From Squalus acanthias (lineage: Eukaryota), in assembly GCA_030390025.1 (NCBI GenBank), contig CM059436.1:79176001-79240000 (forward strand): a stretch of 64,000 bases of DNA, given 5' to 3'. Positions 48,676 to 61,914 of this stretch are shown in pieces; the stretch's first letter is position 1, and every line of letters starts with the position of its first letter. The translations under genes were made by a program, and so were the position numbers. The notes beneath the pieces were generated by a model, which searched no databases, was not told the origin of the DNA, and was given only the letters and a program-made list of their open reading frames with translations.

Positions 48676-49381
48676 TTTTTTTTTATTCACTTATGGGATC
48701 TGGGCATCGCTGGCAAGGCCAGCATTTATTGCCCATCCCTAGTTGCCCTTGAGAAGGTGGTGGTGAGCCGCCTTCTTCAACTGCTGCAGTCCGTGTGGTG
48801 AAGGTACTCCCACAGTGCTGTTAGGGAGGGAGATCCAGAATTTTGACCCAGCGACGATGAAGGATTGGCAATATACTTCTAAGTCAGGATGGTGTGTGAC
48901 TTGGAGGGGAACTTGGAGGCGGTGGTGTTCCCATGCGCCTGCTGCCCTTGTCCTTCTAGGTGGAAGAGGTCGCGGGTTTGGGAGGTGCTGCCGAAGAAGC
49001 CTTGGCGAGTTGCTGCAGTGCATCGTGTAGATGGTACACACTGCAGCCACGGTACGCCGGTGGTGGAGGGAGTGAATGTTTAAGGTGGTGGATGGGGTGC
49101 CAATCAAGCGGGCTGCTTTGTCCTGGATGGTGTCGAGCTTCTTGAGTGTTGTTGGAACTGCACTCATCCAGGCAAGTGGAGAGTATTCAATCACACTCCT
49201 GACTTGTGCCTTGTAGATGGTGGAAAGGTTTTGGGGAGTCAGGAGGTGAGACACTCGCCGCAGAATACCCAGCCTCTGACCTGCTCCTGTTGCCACAGTA
49301 TTTATGTGGCTGGTCCAGTTAAGTTTCTGGTCAATGGTAACCCCCAGGATGTTGATGGTGGGGGATTCAGCGATGGTAATT
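48676..49381 (-). mobile_element. CR1-clade (Zenon-like) LINE 3' fragment
   Basis: ORF 48739-49296 YKAQVRSVIEYSPLAW...LDTIQDKAARLI...SLHHRRTVAA. Confidence 0.93.
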
Positions 49382-49559
49382 GCACTATATATAAAATATC
49401 AATATGTGCTTGCAAGCAGTCTTGTAAATGTAAAGAAAAGAAGGCCAATGCACAAAGTTGCAACTCTTAAGTATTTCATCTTATGCCATTAAAATGTTTA
49501 TTATACACCAGTTAGGCCACAAGTTTGATTGCCAGTCTGGGCTGGGTTAGCTAACCGCG

Positions 49560-51320
49560 CCTTTCTCTCCTACCTCCCCTCGTACCCTCTCCGAGCTCAT
49601 CTTGCCCATTAGACCCACCTCCTGCTCTCTTGACCCCATTCCCACTAAACTGCTGACCACCCAACTTCCCTTCCTAGCCACCATGCTAGTTGACATTGTA
49701 AATGGTTCCTGCTCCTCAGGTACTGTCCCGCTCCCTTTCAAAACCCTCCATCAACTCTCTCCTCAAAAAACCTACTCTTGACTCTTCTGTCCTTGCAAAC
49801 TACTGCACCAACTCCAACCTCCCTTTCCTCTCCAAAGTCCTTGAAAATGTTGTTGCCTCCCAAATCCGTGTTTGAATCTCTCCAATCAGGTTTCTGCCCC
49901 TACCACAGCACTGAAACGGCCCACACCAAAGTCACAAATTACATCCTATGTGACCGTGATGCACTCTCTCTCCTCACCCTTCTCGACCTCTCTGCAGCCT
50001 TTGGCATGGTTGACCACACCATCCTCCTCCAACTCCTCTCCTCCATTGTCCAGCTGAGTGGGACTACCCTCGCTTAGCTCCCTGCTTACCTATCCAATCA
50101 TAGGCAAAGCATCTCATGCAATGACTTCCCTTCACGTCCCTGCACCGTTACCTCTAGAGTCCCCCAAGGGTCTATCCTTGGCGCCCTCTTCTTCCTCATC
50201 TACACGCTGCCCCTTGGCAACATCATCTAAAAACAGGATGTCAGTTTCCACACATATGCTGACGAGACGCAGCTCTACCTCTCCACGACCTCTCTCGCCT
50301 CCCCTCCACTACCTCTGTGGTGTCAATCTGCTTGTCCAACATCCAGTTGTGGACGAGCTGCAATTTCTTACAGTTAAACATTGGGAAGACGGAAGCCACC
50401 ATTTTCAGCCCAGGCAAAAACTCTGTACCCTTCCCATAGATTCCAACCCCCTCCCCAACTACTGTCTGAGGCTGAACCAGACTGTTTGCAAACTTGACAT
50501 CCTATTTGACCCCGAGCAGAGCTTCCAACCCCATATCCTCTCCATCACAAAGGTGGCTACTTCCGCCTCTGTAACATCGCCCGTCTCCGCTCCTGCCTCA
50601 GCTCATCTCCTGCTGAAACCCTCATCCATGCTTTTGTTACCTCCAGTCACGACTATTCCATTACTCTCCTAGCTGGCCTTCCACCCTCCACCCTCCACCC
50701 CCATAAAGTTCAGCTCATACAAAACTCTACTGCCCTTATCCTAACCCACACCAAATCCTGCTCACCCATCACTCCTGTGTTCGCTAACCTGCATTGCCTC
50801 CCAGCCCTCCAATTAAAAAATCTCATCCTCCTGTTCAAATCCCTCCATGGCCTCACCCCTCCCCATCTCTGTATCCCCATCCAATCCTACAACATTCCCA
50901 AGAACCCTGCATTCCTCCAACTCTGGCCTCTTTTGTATCGTGATGCGGAGATGCCGGTGTTGGACTGGGGTGGACAAAATTGAGAGGTCGCACAACACCA
51001 GGTTATAGTCCAACAGTTTTATTTGAAATCACAAGCTTTCGGAGCTATCGATGTATCCCCATTGCCTTCACCCTGCCTTTGATGGCTGTGCCTTCAGCTG
51101 CCTAGGCCTTGAGCTCTGGAATTCCCTCCCTAGACCTTTTCGTAACTCCACCTTTCTCTCCTCCTTTAAAAACCATCTTAAAACCTATCACTTTGACCAA
51201 GCCTTTGATCACCCCATCTAATATCTCCTTCTTTGGCTCGCTATCAATTTTTTGTCTGATTACGCTTCTGGGACATTTTTCTACGTTAAAGGTGCTATAT
51301 AAATGCAAGATGTTGTTGTC
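49560..51320 (+). mobile_element. L2 LINE fragment (~1.75 kb, decayed RT)
   Basis: QSGFCPYHSTETA, LLDLSAAFGMVDHTILL, GTCCCCCAAGGGTC (VPQGS), TATGCTGACGAG (YADE), L2 tail. Confidence 0.93.
50940..51051 (-). mobile_element. Short Penelope-like terminal fragment inserted in L2
   Basis: TGTATC direct repeats at 50934-50939 and 51052-51057. Minus strand reads CTCCGAAAGCTTGTGATTTCAAATAAAACTGTTGGACTATAACCTGGTG (3' half of a hammerhead plus AATAAA). Confidence 0.65.
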
Positions 51321-51328
51321 ATTGAGGT

Positions 51329-51796
51329 GTCAGCTGTGGCTCAGTGGGTAGCACTCTTGCCTTTAAGCTCATGAAGGTTGTGGGTTCAAATCCCACACCA
51401 GAGACTTGAGCACAAAAATCTAGGCTGACACTCCAGTGCAGTACTGAGGGAGTGCTGCACTGTCAGAGGTGCCGTTTTTCGGATGAGACGTTAAACCGAG
51501 GCCCTGTCTGCTCTCTCAGGTGGCTGTAAAAGATCCCATGGCACAATTTTGAAGAAGAAGAGCAGCAGAGTTCATTCTGGTGTCCTGGCCAATATTTATC
51601 CCTAAATCAACATCACTAAAACAGATTATCTGGTCATTATCACATTGCTGTTTGCTGTGCGCAAATTGGCTGCTGCGTTTCCTACATTACAACAGTGACT
51701 ACACTTCAAAAAGTGCTTCATTGGCTGTAAAGTGCTTTGGAATGTCCAGTGGTCATGAAAGGTGCTATATAAATGCAAGTCTTACTTTTTTTTTTT
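51329..51796 (+). mobile_element. Near full-length DeuSINE (SacSINE1-like)
   Basis: tRNA-type A box TGGCTCAGTGG and B box GGTTCAAATCC, Deu-domain-like GGATGAGACGTTAAACCGAGGCCC...AAAGATCCCATGGCAC, L2-like tail. Confidence 0.88.
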
Positions 51797-52794
51797 AAAA
51801 AGAGTGTAGTAGGGATGCTGCAATGTGCCTTAGCAATGCTAAGCTAGGAATGTGAAGAAAATAATCAGCTAGAGTGCCCACTCCTGATCATTATTAGTCA
51901 CTCCTGTTGGAAAGAATGCAGATATGGAAGTTGGATGAGGGCCACCACCTCCTCCAGAAGAGAAAGGGGTGGGGAAGAAAGAAACTGTTTATCAGGCCGA
52001 GGAATATTTTCTGCTCCTTCCTCACAGAATTTTAACTGTACCCATGGCATTTACAGAACTGCATAATTTACCAGATATCTTGCTTTGAAAAGCAGTGGCA
52101 TTTGGTTTGAAATGATGGCCTTAACATTGTCATGCCAACAATCTGTAACTGCTAATTTCTCTATTAAAGCACATTTGTTTTCTGCGGCAAAGCCACTGCA
52201 ACATATTTTGTTCAGAAATTCATTAATTCTAAGGCACAGTGCCAACATACAATGAATTGATATTTGAATTCCTCTTCCCTTGTATATTTTTAGTTTTCAT
52301 TGCATTATATTCCCATTAGCAGCTTCCGAGCCAATGCTGCAGTACTTAAAAAGAACAGGATGTTAACACAACTGTATTTCCTGTTTTGAAGCTCATTCAA
52401 TTAGCTTACTGTTCTGGTTTACGGAGGTATTTTTAACCGAATTCCACTAGCTGGTCAGAATGCATTTTTATTTTGTCAGAAGACCGTTGTATAAGGGTTT
52501 GTTCCTGTAGGTGTTTATGAATGTTGTTGGCTGCACATTGAGGGACGAATCACATTAAAATTCAGTGGGTAATAGAACGGGATTAGAATTGACAGCTTGT
52601 CGGTAATGATAAAACAGCAATGATTTTTTAAAAAGCTTGATTCTAAGTTTGCGCTTTGGCAAACTATTTATTATTTCCAAAGCCCCCCCACCCCCTCTAA
52701 GTTCTTCTCTCCGGTTCTCCATGCAGTCGTGTTCACAGCTTCACGAGTATCAGATACCCTCCATTACATTGGGGCTCTTTTCTCTGATAGAGGT

Positions 52795-53150
52795 CTTTTA
52801 AATTATGAAGGGGGTTCGATAGAGTTGAAGCAGAGACGATGTTTGCACTTGTGGGGTGAGTCTAAAACTAGGGGCCATAAATATAAGATAGTCACCAATA
52901 AATCTAATAAAGCATTCAGGAGATACTTCTTCACTCAGAGAGTGGTGAGAATGTGGAACGTGCTATCACAAGGGGTAGTTGAGGCGAATGGCATAGATGC
53001 TTTTAGGGGGAAGCTAGATAAGTACATGAGGGAGAAAGGAACAGAAGGATATATTGATAGGGTGAGATGACGTAAGGTGGGAGGAGGCTCTTGTGGAGCA
53101 TAAACACCGGCACAGACCTGTTGGGCTGAATGGCCTGTTTCTGTGCTGTA
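52795..53150 (+). mobile_element. CR1 3' fragment
   Basis: GESKTRGHKYKI...FFTQRVVRMWN...FRGKLDKYM. Confidence 0.9.
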
Positions 53151-53769
53151 AATACCAAGTTACCACGCCTCATGTGTGATCCTAGGGAGTGAGGGGGTCT
53201 ACAAGCTATTCATCAGTTACTGACCAATAAGCTCACTCCTGTCCTCATCCAGCATCCAAACATACACACTTTTGGCAGGGGTAGGTGACTAGCGATTGGG
53301 AGCAGGAACTCTGACTGACTCCCCCCCAAACCCCACCCTTGCTGAGCCAGGGGCACTGAGGCTAAGTTGCTCCCCTTCTGTTGCCCTGGCTAAGATCACC
53401 CAACTCAGCACAGTCAGGAATCAACCTGGGACATTCTTGTGTGGCTCACTGTTAAGCTTGCGAATCAATGAAGGTGCATGCATTGGCCTAGAGTGTCCGA
53501 TTGTTGTTACTTTAACACCAACTTTAACCCATTTTAAATGCTGGCGTTAAGCTAGTATCAATCGATAAACCTAGGCTTTTGTGTCTTTGATGTGCAATGA
53601 CGCTCACAGTCAAGCATTAAAAACTAACAGTTTTGCTGCAATATCACAATTGGCACAGGCCTGTGCTGGCTGTCATTAAAACAATACTGCTCGTAAAAGT
53701 GGGATCACCACATTATTGATTGCATCCGTAATTACCAATTTTCCATTTTGCTTCGAATCAGAAAGTTTG

Positions 53770-54815
53770 CTCTGCAGAATTGGTCTCACCAGGTCTGGAG
53801 GTGACAAAGACATGAATGAGGTTTTCTGTGGCAGACGGGCTGAAGCAGGGCCCGAGGTGGGCAAAAGTAGAAGTAGGCAGTGTGTGTGATGGAGAGGATA
53901 TTGGGTCAGAAACTCAGCTCGGGATCGAATAGAATGCCGAGTTTGCCAAATGTTTGGTTCAGCCTGAGATAATGGTCAGGGAAGGGGATGAAATCAATGG
54001 CAAGGGTAGAGAGTTTGTGGTTGGGGGCGAAGACAATGGCTTCAGTCTTCCCAATGTTTAACTGGAGCAAATTGTGGCTTATCCACAACTGGATGTCGGA
54101 CAAGCAGTATGACAACACAGAACACAGATGCGTCTAGTCAGCATACGTGTGGCACCTGATGGGGCAGCATGTAGAGAAGAGAAGGGGCCAAGGACAGATC
54201 CTGTGGAACTCCGGAGGTAATGGTGTAGGGGGCATGAAGAGAGGTCACTGCTGAAAATGCATTGGCTACCATCGGATAGCTATGAGTCGAACCAAGCAAG
54301 AGCAGTCCCAATGAGTTGGACAAGGGAAGAGAGGCATTGGAAGAGGATAGCGTGGTTGACCATGTCAAATGCAGCAGAGAACTGCGGTCACAGTCACAGA
54401 GGGTGTAATTTGTGACTTTGCTTCAGGCTGTTTCAGTGCTGTGGTGGGGCGGAAACCAGATTGGAGAGACTGAAACATGGAGTTGCAGGAAGGATGGGCG
54501 TGAATTTGGCGACGACATGTTGAGGGCCTTTGAAGAGGAAAGGGAAGTTGGAGATGGGGCGGTAGTTTGTAAAGACAGAAAGGCCGAGGGTGGATCTTTT
54601 GAGGAAGGGGATCATGACTAATGTTGGCTTTAAGCTGCGTGGCCGCACAGCGCTCCAGGTGTCCCGCGCAGCCGGTGAGACGGCTTTTAAATTGGAAAAA
54701 AACGCATATGCGCGGAATTTTGAATGGACTGCGCAGCCAGTTAAAGGGGCCGCGCGGCCCAAAAAATATTACAGGGAACTTTGGTCATGACAGCAATTTT
54801 GAAAGCTATCAGGAT
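53770..54815 (-). mobile_element. L2 LINE fragment
   Basis: CLSDIQLWISHNLLQLNIGKTE, TSGVPQ and NYRPISNFPFL motifs. Confidence 0.88.
54619..54783. mobile_element. hAT (Tip100-like) MITE inserted in L2
   Basis: 8-bp TSD ATCATGAC/GTCATGAC; ends TAATGTTGGCTTTAA...TTACAGGGAACTTTG resemble CAxTGTTCCCTxTAA-type TIRs. Confidence 0.65.
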
Positions 54816-55326
54816 AATATGTGAGGATAATATCTAAGGGCTCCCCCAGCGACCCTGCTAGCTGGAAGATTTAGATGGCTAGTTTGGCAGGGGGTTGACT
54901 TAAACGGCATCCACTGAATAGCAGTGTAATCAAATTAATGGGGCTTAATTTATAAAGATAACTTTGATTCCTGAAAGGAACTTTCTGAAAGTGGTTGACT
55001 TAGTGGGACATCTGTGTTAGCGGGGTAGTCAGTATGTCAGACTCCACTGTACCAAGGTAACCACATCCAACACAACTGAATGCAACCAGCATGATCCAAG
55101 AAACCAAAACAAAGAGGCCTCTGACCTGAAAAGATTCAGGTCATTTCTAACTAGTGTTGGACGGTAATTGTTGAGTTACGTTTCATGCATGGCTATGCAT
55201 TGATTTATTTGACAATCAATCCTTTACAGAGGAATGCCATGCAATAAATCTTAAGTCTCAGTAAATTTGTCTTTACAAAATTAACAGTGACTGTGGCACA
55301 TAGAATACGATTGATTACAGTATTAG

Positions 55327-55625
55327 TTACATAGAAATTTACAACACAGAAACAGGCAACTCGGCCCAATTGACCTGTGCTGCTGTTTATCCACCACACA
55401 AGCAGTGGTCTTAATCCCATGTTCCCACCTAGTTCCCACAACTCTTTATCCCCTTTGCATTCAACCACCTATCTAACCAATGGTCTCTGCTTCTATCACT
55501 AACTCTGGCAGTGCAGTTACAGCCTCACAACCCTCTTTGTAAAAAGGGCTTCTCCTGCTCTCCGTCCTGAATGTCTTGCATGTAATCTTGTGTCTTCGTC
55601 CCCTCGTTCTAGGCCCTCCTCAACT
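55327..55625 (-). mobile_element. CR1 3' fragment (old)
   Basis: ACATAGAAATTTACAACACAGAAACAGGC tail; reverse of the 53100-53150 type. Confidence 0.7.
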
Positions 55626-55934
55626 ACTGATGACGCATAATGCCAGCAATGTCTCCAAACTAAGTGGCCTCCGTTTTACCTTCAATTCAACTGCCACAGA
55701 AGCTCTTTGATAACATCACTTGCATTTGCAAGTAATCTAACTGCCAGACTTTATGCTCCTATACTCTGAAGAGGGCAATTAGCAATGAACTGCTCCAGTG
55801 CCATTGAAGTGAAAGTTAAATATTTTAAGTTGGAATATGGGGAAAACATCATGCATTCCATACTGCAAAATGTGCTGCTCGCATTTAAGCCAAGCTCATT
55901 TTCAATTCAAGGAAAGGAGGGCAGTCCGGCGTGT

Positions 55935-56125
55935 AACGTAGGCTTCACGCTCTGGAATTCCCTCCCGAAACTCTCCAACTCCCTCTCCTCCTTTAAGCTT
56001 CCTTCTAACCCACCTCTTTGCCAAAGCTTTTGGTCACCCCTCCCAATATCGCTGTCTCTGCAATGCACCTTGGGACGATTTTCTATGTTAAAAGTGCTGT
56101 ATAAATGCAAGTTGATGTTGTTAAA
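55935..56125 (+). mobile_element. L2 3' tail
   Basis: CTCTGGAATTCCCTCCCGAAAC...ATAAATGCAAGTTGATGTTG. Confidence 0.75.
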
Positions 56126-56439
56126 TGTACTGGGTAAACTGTTCCTGTAATGCTACAAATGTTGCCAGTATTTCTTTAAGGATGCTTCAGGTAATCCGTT
56201 CTGCACAGTTCCTAGTCCGTAGAAATTGTTAATTTGCAAACCCAGATTTGAGTAGCACAGTAATTGTGCAGTCTCTGTCACAGCTAATTCAATTGTATGT
56301 TTCTATGCCAATTAACTGCAGTTTTTAACGTACTCTTTATATTGGTTGGTTACTGATGTAACACAAAACAGATGCTTTTGGTTTGTAACTTATGCAACCT
56401 ACTGCCATAAACTGCGCCCACCAACGTTGCTCAGACCAA

Positions 56440-56790
56440 GGGCTCCCCCGATGGCCCAGCTGGTAAATGCATTTCCCAGTGTTGCAGCGAGCAAGGCAAG
56501 TCAGGCAGGCCCCAGGTTTGATCCCCAGTCTCAGGTAGCTGTTGTCAGCTCGGGCAACAGTAGGGACACTATTGGAGAAAAAAAACAGCCCTTGCTTGGC
56601 ATCCAGTGCCATCTGCTGACTAGTGCGCGGATGTGGACAGCAGGCGAGGGCACGGTTGGGTTCCCTGCAAATGAATAGCCTGCCGGCACACAGGGAGGAT
56701 AGGCACATGGGTAAGTTTCCAGAGGGCAGCTGGTGCCCGTAGAATTGTAAACCAGGATGTACCAGTGTCCACAGGATTGGAAGGGAGAAA
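56440..56790 (+). mobile_element. Old tRNA-derived SINE
   Basis: A-box-like TGGCCCAGCTGG and B-box-like GGTTTGATCCC; related fragments elsewhere in the window. Confidence 0.5.
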
Positions 56791-58329
56791 ATTGGAGGGG
56801 AAATTTAAAAATATAAATATATTAAATGCTCAACAGTATTTCCTCTTGTGAAACATTATTGAAAAAAGTTAGTGAAAATAAAGGCCAGTGGTTATTGCAA
56901 ATCTACGTAATAAAAAATGTTGCACTAATATCGGTTTGGTTGTCATTATGTTTTACAATACATCCCTCTCTCAAACACACAGCTTCGTATTGGCAGATGG
57001 AGACCTATCACCCAGGGATTTGAAAGCGCTTTTGAAAATTAATTTACACCAGACCAGTCATAATGTTCAGCGGTAATGAACTACAAGACATGCAATTACG
57101 ACAATTAACAGTTTATTAAGAAACAAAGCAATTCCCCACTTAGGTTTCCCGGTGTTGGACCTCCCCACTGTTCCCATGGCTATGGGAATTCCAAGATTTT
57201 ACAGGAAATTTGTCCGTGCACAATCATGGGGAGAAAATCAGGCTGTGTATGTACATGCCTGGGAAGGGGGAGGAGAGAGGGGGAGAGGGAGAGGGAGAGG
57301 GGGAGAGTAAGAAAGATAGTGTGACAGAGGCAGAGAGAGAGGAAAAAGAGTGGAAGACAAACAAGAGAAAAGGAAACACAAAGAATTAAAGACTGGAAGA
57401 TACCCAGAGACAGCATAGCTTGCATCAATATAAAATGGGGAATATTTTTGAAAAAATGTATTTCAGAATTTTATCTTTGATGCTGGAAAACCCCTGACTG
57501 GGGCATAACAATAGACAAGAAGAAGTTGAAACATCATCTACCCTCTCACTGAAGAAAGCCCTCAAATAGTCCTTAAATAGTTACCGATGCAATTTGTTCT
57601 TTGGTCCTCTTTTGTCAACAATAGAATCACTCATCGCATAGCTGCAGGGCCGCAACTTGTGTAAGGGCTAAAAATCATTCGAGTGGATTCGCACAATATT
57701 CAGTCTGAAACCGAGCCATTCAGGTCAGGTTGTGTTAGTGGATAGTTGGTAGTTTCTAAAAGAAAACCTTCCAGGCCTTTGATTGAAGAAGGGCTGTCTC
57801 AATCCCCTCTCTGCCAATGCAGAAGATGGCAACCCATCACCAATGCTTACAGAGTGAAACGTGAAGCAACAAATGTGACAGTCCTGGATCTCTTACCACA
57901 CCTTATAGAACTACCTCGAATTTACAGCACTGAAACAGGCCATTCGGCCCAATGCCGATGTTTGTGCACCACCTGAGCCTCCTCCCAACTCTCTCCATCT
58001 CACTCTATTAGCATATCCTTCTCGAAGCTGAGCGAATTGTGTAGCAGTGAAAATAGAACAATTTTCTAGGTTTCTTGGTGTCTTTTGCTTATTCGAACAT
58101 ACAACAGCAAAATACAAGAAAAGCAAAGGCATAAAATAAGTAAACATGGACAATTGTTCCAGTGCTTCCAATATTTTCCTGCCATTCCCACCTTCAGGTA
58201 CAGTGTAACATGAAGAACTTGGTGCCCACTTAATAAAATATATAAATTGCTATCTTTAGAGATGAATTGATCTCTGCTCTGAGCTCTAGGTCTGATCCAT
58301 CGCTAACAGAGAACTCAGGGTCAGTAATT

Positions 58330-60306
58330 CAATGTGCCTGTGGCCATCGTCCTTCTAGGTAATAGAGGTCACGGGTTTGGGAGGTGCTGCCGAAGAAGCC
58401 TTGGCGAGTTGCTGCAGTGCATCTTGTAGATGGTACACACTGCAGCCACGGTACGCAGTGGTGGAGGGAGTGAATGTTTAAGGTGGTAGATGGGATGCCA
58501 ATCATGCGGGCTGCTTTGTCCTGGATGGTGTCGAGCTTCTTGAGTGTTGTTGGAGCTGCACTCATCCAGGCAAGTGGAAAGTATTCCATCACACTCCTGA
58601 CTTGTGCCTTGTGATGGTGGAAAGACTTTGGGGAGTCAGGAGGTGAGACACTCGCCGCAGAATACCCAGCTTCTGACCTGCTCTTGTTGCCACAGTACTT
58701 ATGTGACTGGTCCAGTTAATTTTCTGGTCAATGGTGACCCCCAGAATGTTGATGGTGGGGGATCCAGTGATGGTAATGCCGTTGAATGTCATGGGGCAGT
58801 CGTTAGACTCTCTCTTGTTGGAGATGGTCATTGCTTGGCACTTGTGTGGCGCGAATGTTACTTGCCACTTATCAGCTCAAGCCTGAATGTCGTCCAGGTC
58901 TGGCTGCATGCGGGCATGAACTACATCATTATCTGTGGAGTTGCGAATGGAACTGAACACTGCGCAATCATCAGCGACATCCCCACTTCTGACCTTATAA
59001 TGGAGGGATGGTCATTGACGAAGCAGCTGAAGATGGTTGGGCCTAAGACACTGCCCTGAGGAACTCCTGCAGCAATGTCCTGGGGCTGAGATGATTGGCC
59101 TCCAACAACCACAACCATCTTCCAGCCAGTGGAGAGTTTTACCCCCGATTCCCACTGACTTCGATTTTACTAGGACTCCTTGATGTCACACTCGGTCAAA
59201 TGATACCTTGATTTTAAGGGCAGTTACTCTCACCTCACCTCTGGAATTCAGCTCTTTTGTCCATGTTTGGACCAAGGCTGTAATGAGGTCTGGAGCCAAG
59301 TGGTCCGGGTGAAACCCAAACTGAGCATCAGTAAGCAGGTTATTGATGAGTAAGTGCTGCTTGGTAGCACTGTCGATGACACCTTCCATCACTTTGCTGA
59401 TGATTGAGAGTAGACTGATGGGGTGGTAATTGGCTGGATTGGATTTGTCCTGATTTTTGTGGACAGGACATACCTGGGCAGTTTTCCACATTGTCGGGTA
59501 GAAGCCAGTGTTGTAGCTGTACTGGAACAGCTTGGCTAGAGGCGCGGCTAGTTCTGGAGCACAAATCTTCAGCACGACAGCCGGGATGCTGTCAGGGGCC
59601 CATAGCCTTTGCTGTATCCAGTGCGCTCAGCTGTTTCTTGATATCACATGGAGTGAATAGAATTGGCTGAAGACTGTCTTCTGTAATGGTGGGGACCTCA
59701 GAAGGAGGCTGAAATGGATCATCCACTCGGCACTTCTGGCTGAAGATGGTTGCAAACGCTTCAGCCTTGTCTTTTGCGCTTGTGTGCTGGGTTCTGCCAT
59801 CATTGAGGATGGGATATTCGTGGAGCCTCCTCCTCCCATTAGTTGTTTAATGGTCCACCACCATTCACAACTGGATGCGGCAGGACTGCAGAGCTTTGAT
59901 CTGATCCATTGTTTGTGGGATCGCTTAGCTCTGTCTATAGCATGCTGCTTCCGCTTTTTAGCATGCATGTAGTCCTGTGTTGCAGCTTCCCCAGGTTGGC
60001 ACCTCATTTTTAGGTACGCCTGGTGCTGCTCCTGGCATGGTCTTCTACACTCCTTATTGAACCAGGGTTGGTCCCCTGGCTTGATGGTTATGGTAGACCT
60101 GAAAAATATGCCGGGCCATGAGGTTACAGATTGTGGTGGAATACAATTCTGCTGCCGCTGATAGGGCCATAGCACCTCATGGATGTCCAGTTTTGAGCTG
60201 CTAGATCTGTTCACATTTAGCACGTTGGTAGTGCCACACAACACGATGAAGGATGTCCTCAGTGTGAAGATGGTACTTTGTCTCCACAAGGACTGTGCAG
60301 TGGTCA
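58330..60306 (-). mobile_element. CR1-clade (Zenon-like) LINE, ~2 kb internal ORF2 fragment, frameshifted
   Basis: KICAPELAAPLAKLF, NYHPISLLSIISKVME, QFGF, GVPQGSVLGP across ORFs 58329-60307. Confidence 0.95.
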
Positions 60307-60474
60307 TGGTGGTATCAGACTGGATATGGCACGATATCAGTGAATGATTTTTTTGTTCTTACACAAGCAACTGCTCTGCCACGATGAAATCAGTGTTTTC
60401 ATTGTCAAACTTATCATATGAGGGTTGTACAGAGTTAAGCTTAAAGATCCTTTAGCTTGGCTCAGCCCTGAAAA

Positions 60475-60800
60475 ATGATGAGAGGTTTTGATAGTGTAGA
60501 CAGGGAAAAAACATTTCCACTGGCAGGAGGGTCAGTAACCAGAGGACACGGATGTAAAATAATTGGCAAAAGAACCAGGGGGAGATGAGGAGAATTATTT
60601 TTTTTTAAACGCAGCAAGTTGTTATGATCTGGAATGTACTGCCTGAAAGGATGGTGGAAACAGATTCAACAATAACTTTCAAAAGAGAATTAGATATATA
60701 CTTGAAAAGTACAGGGAAAGAGCAGGGGTGTGGGATTAATTGGACAGCTTTTTCAAAAAGCCGGCACAGGCACGATGAGCCGAATGGCCTTTTTATGCAC
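60475..60800 (+). mobile_element. CR1 3' fragment
   Basis: IWNVLPERMVETDSTITFKRELDIYL. Confidence 0.85.
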
Positions 60801-60918
60801 TATAAAAGTGCTGCCCTATTCATAACAGCTTCTTACCTGAGGTGGATTTCTGATGCAAAGAAGAGAATCTTATGATGAAAGTATGAACACACAGTTTCAA
60901 AATGTATTAAGAGACTTA

Positions 60919-61632
60919 GGGGGAAAAATTCGGTTGCTTTGCGCCTCCTGTTAGCGCCCTAAGAGGGCGCTAACGGGGCACAAAGCAACTAGCGCCCGGG
61001 TGCAGCACCGCCAATGCCTCCCGTGAAATTCAGCGAGAGGTTAGAGGCGGTGGTAAGCAGTAGCGCCCTGCGGTGCTGCGCCGCTGGCAATGACGTCGTC
61101 ACCGTGCGCAGCGCCCCACTCGCACCCCGGCCGCGATCTTCAGGAGTGCCCCCTGACTTACCGGGAGGCGCTATTTAAAGGCGAGGTGCGGGGCGGCCAT
61201 TTTTGTTGCTGGCCGCCTGCCAGCACCTGCCTCCGCTCCCGTCCCCGGCCTCCTTACCCGCCCCCCTGCGGAGTGCCGGCTGCGCTCCATGAGCCCGACA
61301 CTTCTCGAGTGCTGGGCTCTTTTGTCGGCACTCCCCATCCCCGGCGGCCCAGCTGGGCCCCGGGTCGCGCTGCGCAAGGCCCCTCCCCTTTAAGAAGGGG
61401 AGGAAGGCCTGCAGTACCGCGCGACGTGCCGCAGAGTGTGGTACTATGGCACGTAACGCCGCGATATTCCATCGCAGCGCCCCAAGAGGGAGGCGGGGTG
61501 CTTCCAGTAGCACCCTGCTTCCCTCTTGGGGCGCTACCACTCAATTTCCGTTGCGGGGGGCGCTAATTTTTTTGGGGTGCTAAAAGTAGCGAAGTTTGCA
61601 CCCCAAAGGGAGTGCTACTCAATTTTTAGCCC
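60919..61632. mobile_element. Non-autonomous Harbinger MITE, family B (longest copy)
   Basis: TIRs GGGGGAAAAATT...AATTTTTAGCCC, TSD TTA/TTA. Confidence 0.92.
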
Positions 61633-61914
61633 TTATAATTTTGGAAACACATAATAAAAAGAATACTGCTGAATTATATGGAGACTGTCGAAACTGCCAA
61701 CCAACTTAACACCAGCATAAATTTTCAAGAAAATTCTTATGATTATTAAATTGCTTTACACATAAAAGTATGAAATCCTTCTGGTTCTGAGACATTAAAC
61801 TAGTTTTAACATTTAAAAATACAAGGTTATTTTCCACAGTAGGATTGCTAATAAAACACAGTGAGAATTACATGAATAAATATAGTTCAATTAACAAACG
61901 CTGGGATTTCTATT

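Noticed and set aside
51335..51400. tRNA gene
   Set aside because: A and B boxes belong to a SINE head continuous with the SINE body; no cloverleaf or terminator.
60837..60849. Possible 13-nt minus-strand microexon (CAG|GTAAGA donor)
   Set aside because: Frame-shifting length and directly beside repeats; easily arises by chance.
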